Made by a program: the position numbers and the translations under genes. DNA of 45,878 nt, from contig JANQEP010000140.1 in NCBI GenBank assembly GCA_028278305.1, positions 1 through 45,878 of the forward strand, in the 5' to 3' direction. Numbering within the stretch: position 1 is the stretch's first letter; the number at the start of each line of letters is the position of its first letter. Source of the DNA: Candidatus Gastranaerophilales bacterium (lineage in GTDB: Bacteria > Cyanobacteriota > Vampirovibrionia > Gastranaerophilales > UBA9971). Under the pieces are notes generated by a model. That model saw only the letters and a list, made by a program, of their open reading frames with translations. It searched no databases and was not told where the DNA came from. This document shows, piece after piece, positions 45,808-45,878 of this stretch.

Positions 45808-45864
45808 CATGAATGAAATCATGGAAATCATGACTATGACATGATTTTCATGATTTCATTCATG
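45808..45864. repeat. 25-bp inverted repeat built from AAATCATG units
   Basis: CATGAATGAAATCATGGAAATCATG-actatga-CATGATTTTCATGATTTCATTCATG pairs at 24/25 positions, with one G-T. It sits at the right edge of the window. Confidence 0.8.
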
Positions 45865-45878
45865 CTAAATCAATACCT

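Noticed and set aside
45808-45843. A Met-rich leader-peptide-like mini-ORF (MNEIMEIMTMT) in the terminal inverted repeat, read as a possible attenuation leader.
   Set aside because: The ATG codons are a by-product of the repeated CATG/ATCATG units and occur symmetrically on both strands. There is no RBS and no visible downstream biosynthetic gene.
1-45878. CRISPR arrays, transposases, integrases, prophage or defence-system genes, tRNA or rRNA genes, and alternative genetic codes.
   Set aside because: I found no regularly spaced direct repeats with unique spacers. No ORF shows DDE, tyrosine- or serine-recombinase, or nuclease/ATPase defence signatures. No cloverleaf-like or rRNA-like segments were noticed. 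TAA, TAG (flhB) and TGA (nrdG) are all used as stops, consistent with standard code 11.

Overview
This is an AT-rich bacterial chromosomal window holding 28 supportable protein-coding genes. I saw no rRNA, tRNA, CRISPR array, transposase, integrase or phage genes. The content is mostly housekeeping. Left to right: a ZAS anti-sigma / ECF sigma / Spy-like envelope-stress operon (271-1730, +); a GT2-like membrane glycosyltransferase with an odd Cys-rich C-terminal domain; and a small coiled-coil protein. A long minus-strand block follows: fliA, flhB, nrdG-like radical-SAM activase, valS, treY fused to a MalQ-like N-terminal module, treZ, and fliC. The strand then switches at a 418-bp AT-rich gap to dnaA-recF (no dnaN), a 5'-nucleotidase and an epimerase. 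Next come an MsbA-like ABC exporter, asd, a TPR+NHL protein, speB, htrA, a class A PBP, a DUF4127-like protein, two uncharacterised envelope proteins, and rpoC2-rpoC1-rpoB. The split rpoC, together with flagellar genes and an anaerobic RNR activase, suggests a non-photosynthetic Cyanobacteriota-related lineage (Melainabacteria/Vampirovibrionia-like); this is inference only. I found no clear novel multi-gene system such as a defence or secretion island. The features that annotation does not explain are non-coding or domain-level. (1) A nearly invariant 37-58 nt intergenic element occurs in four full copies and one partial copy at unrelated loci. (2) A second 34-nt repeat family and a recurring AACTYGAGT palindromic motif appear in intergenic DNA. 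(3) The GH77/MalQ-like module fused to TreY appears to have lost its catalytic residues. (4) A three-segment GC-rich set of mutually exclusive hairpins lies upstream of speB. (5) A 664-bp ORF-free region upstream of rpoB carries a terminator-like hairpin and a 25-bp inverted repeat. (6) A TAA-interrupted 78-codon ORF lies downstream of fliA. All homology calls come from motif recognition by eye; no searches were run.
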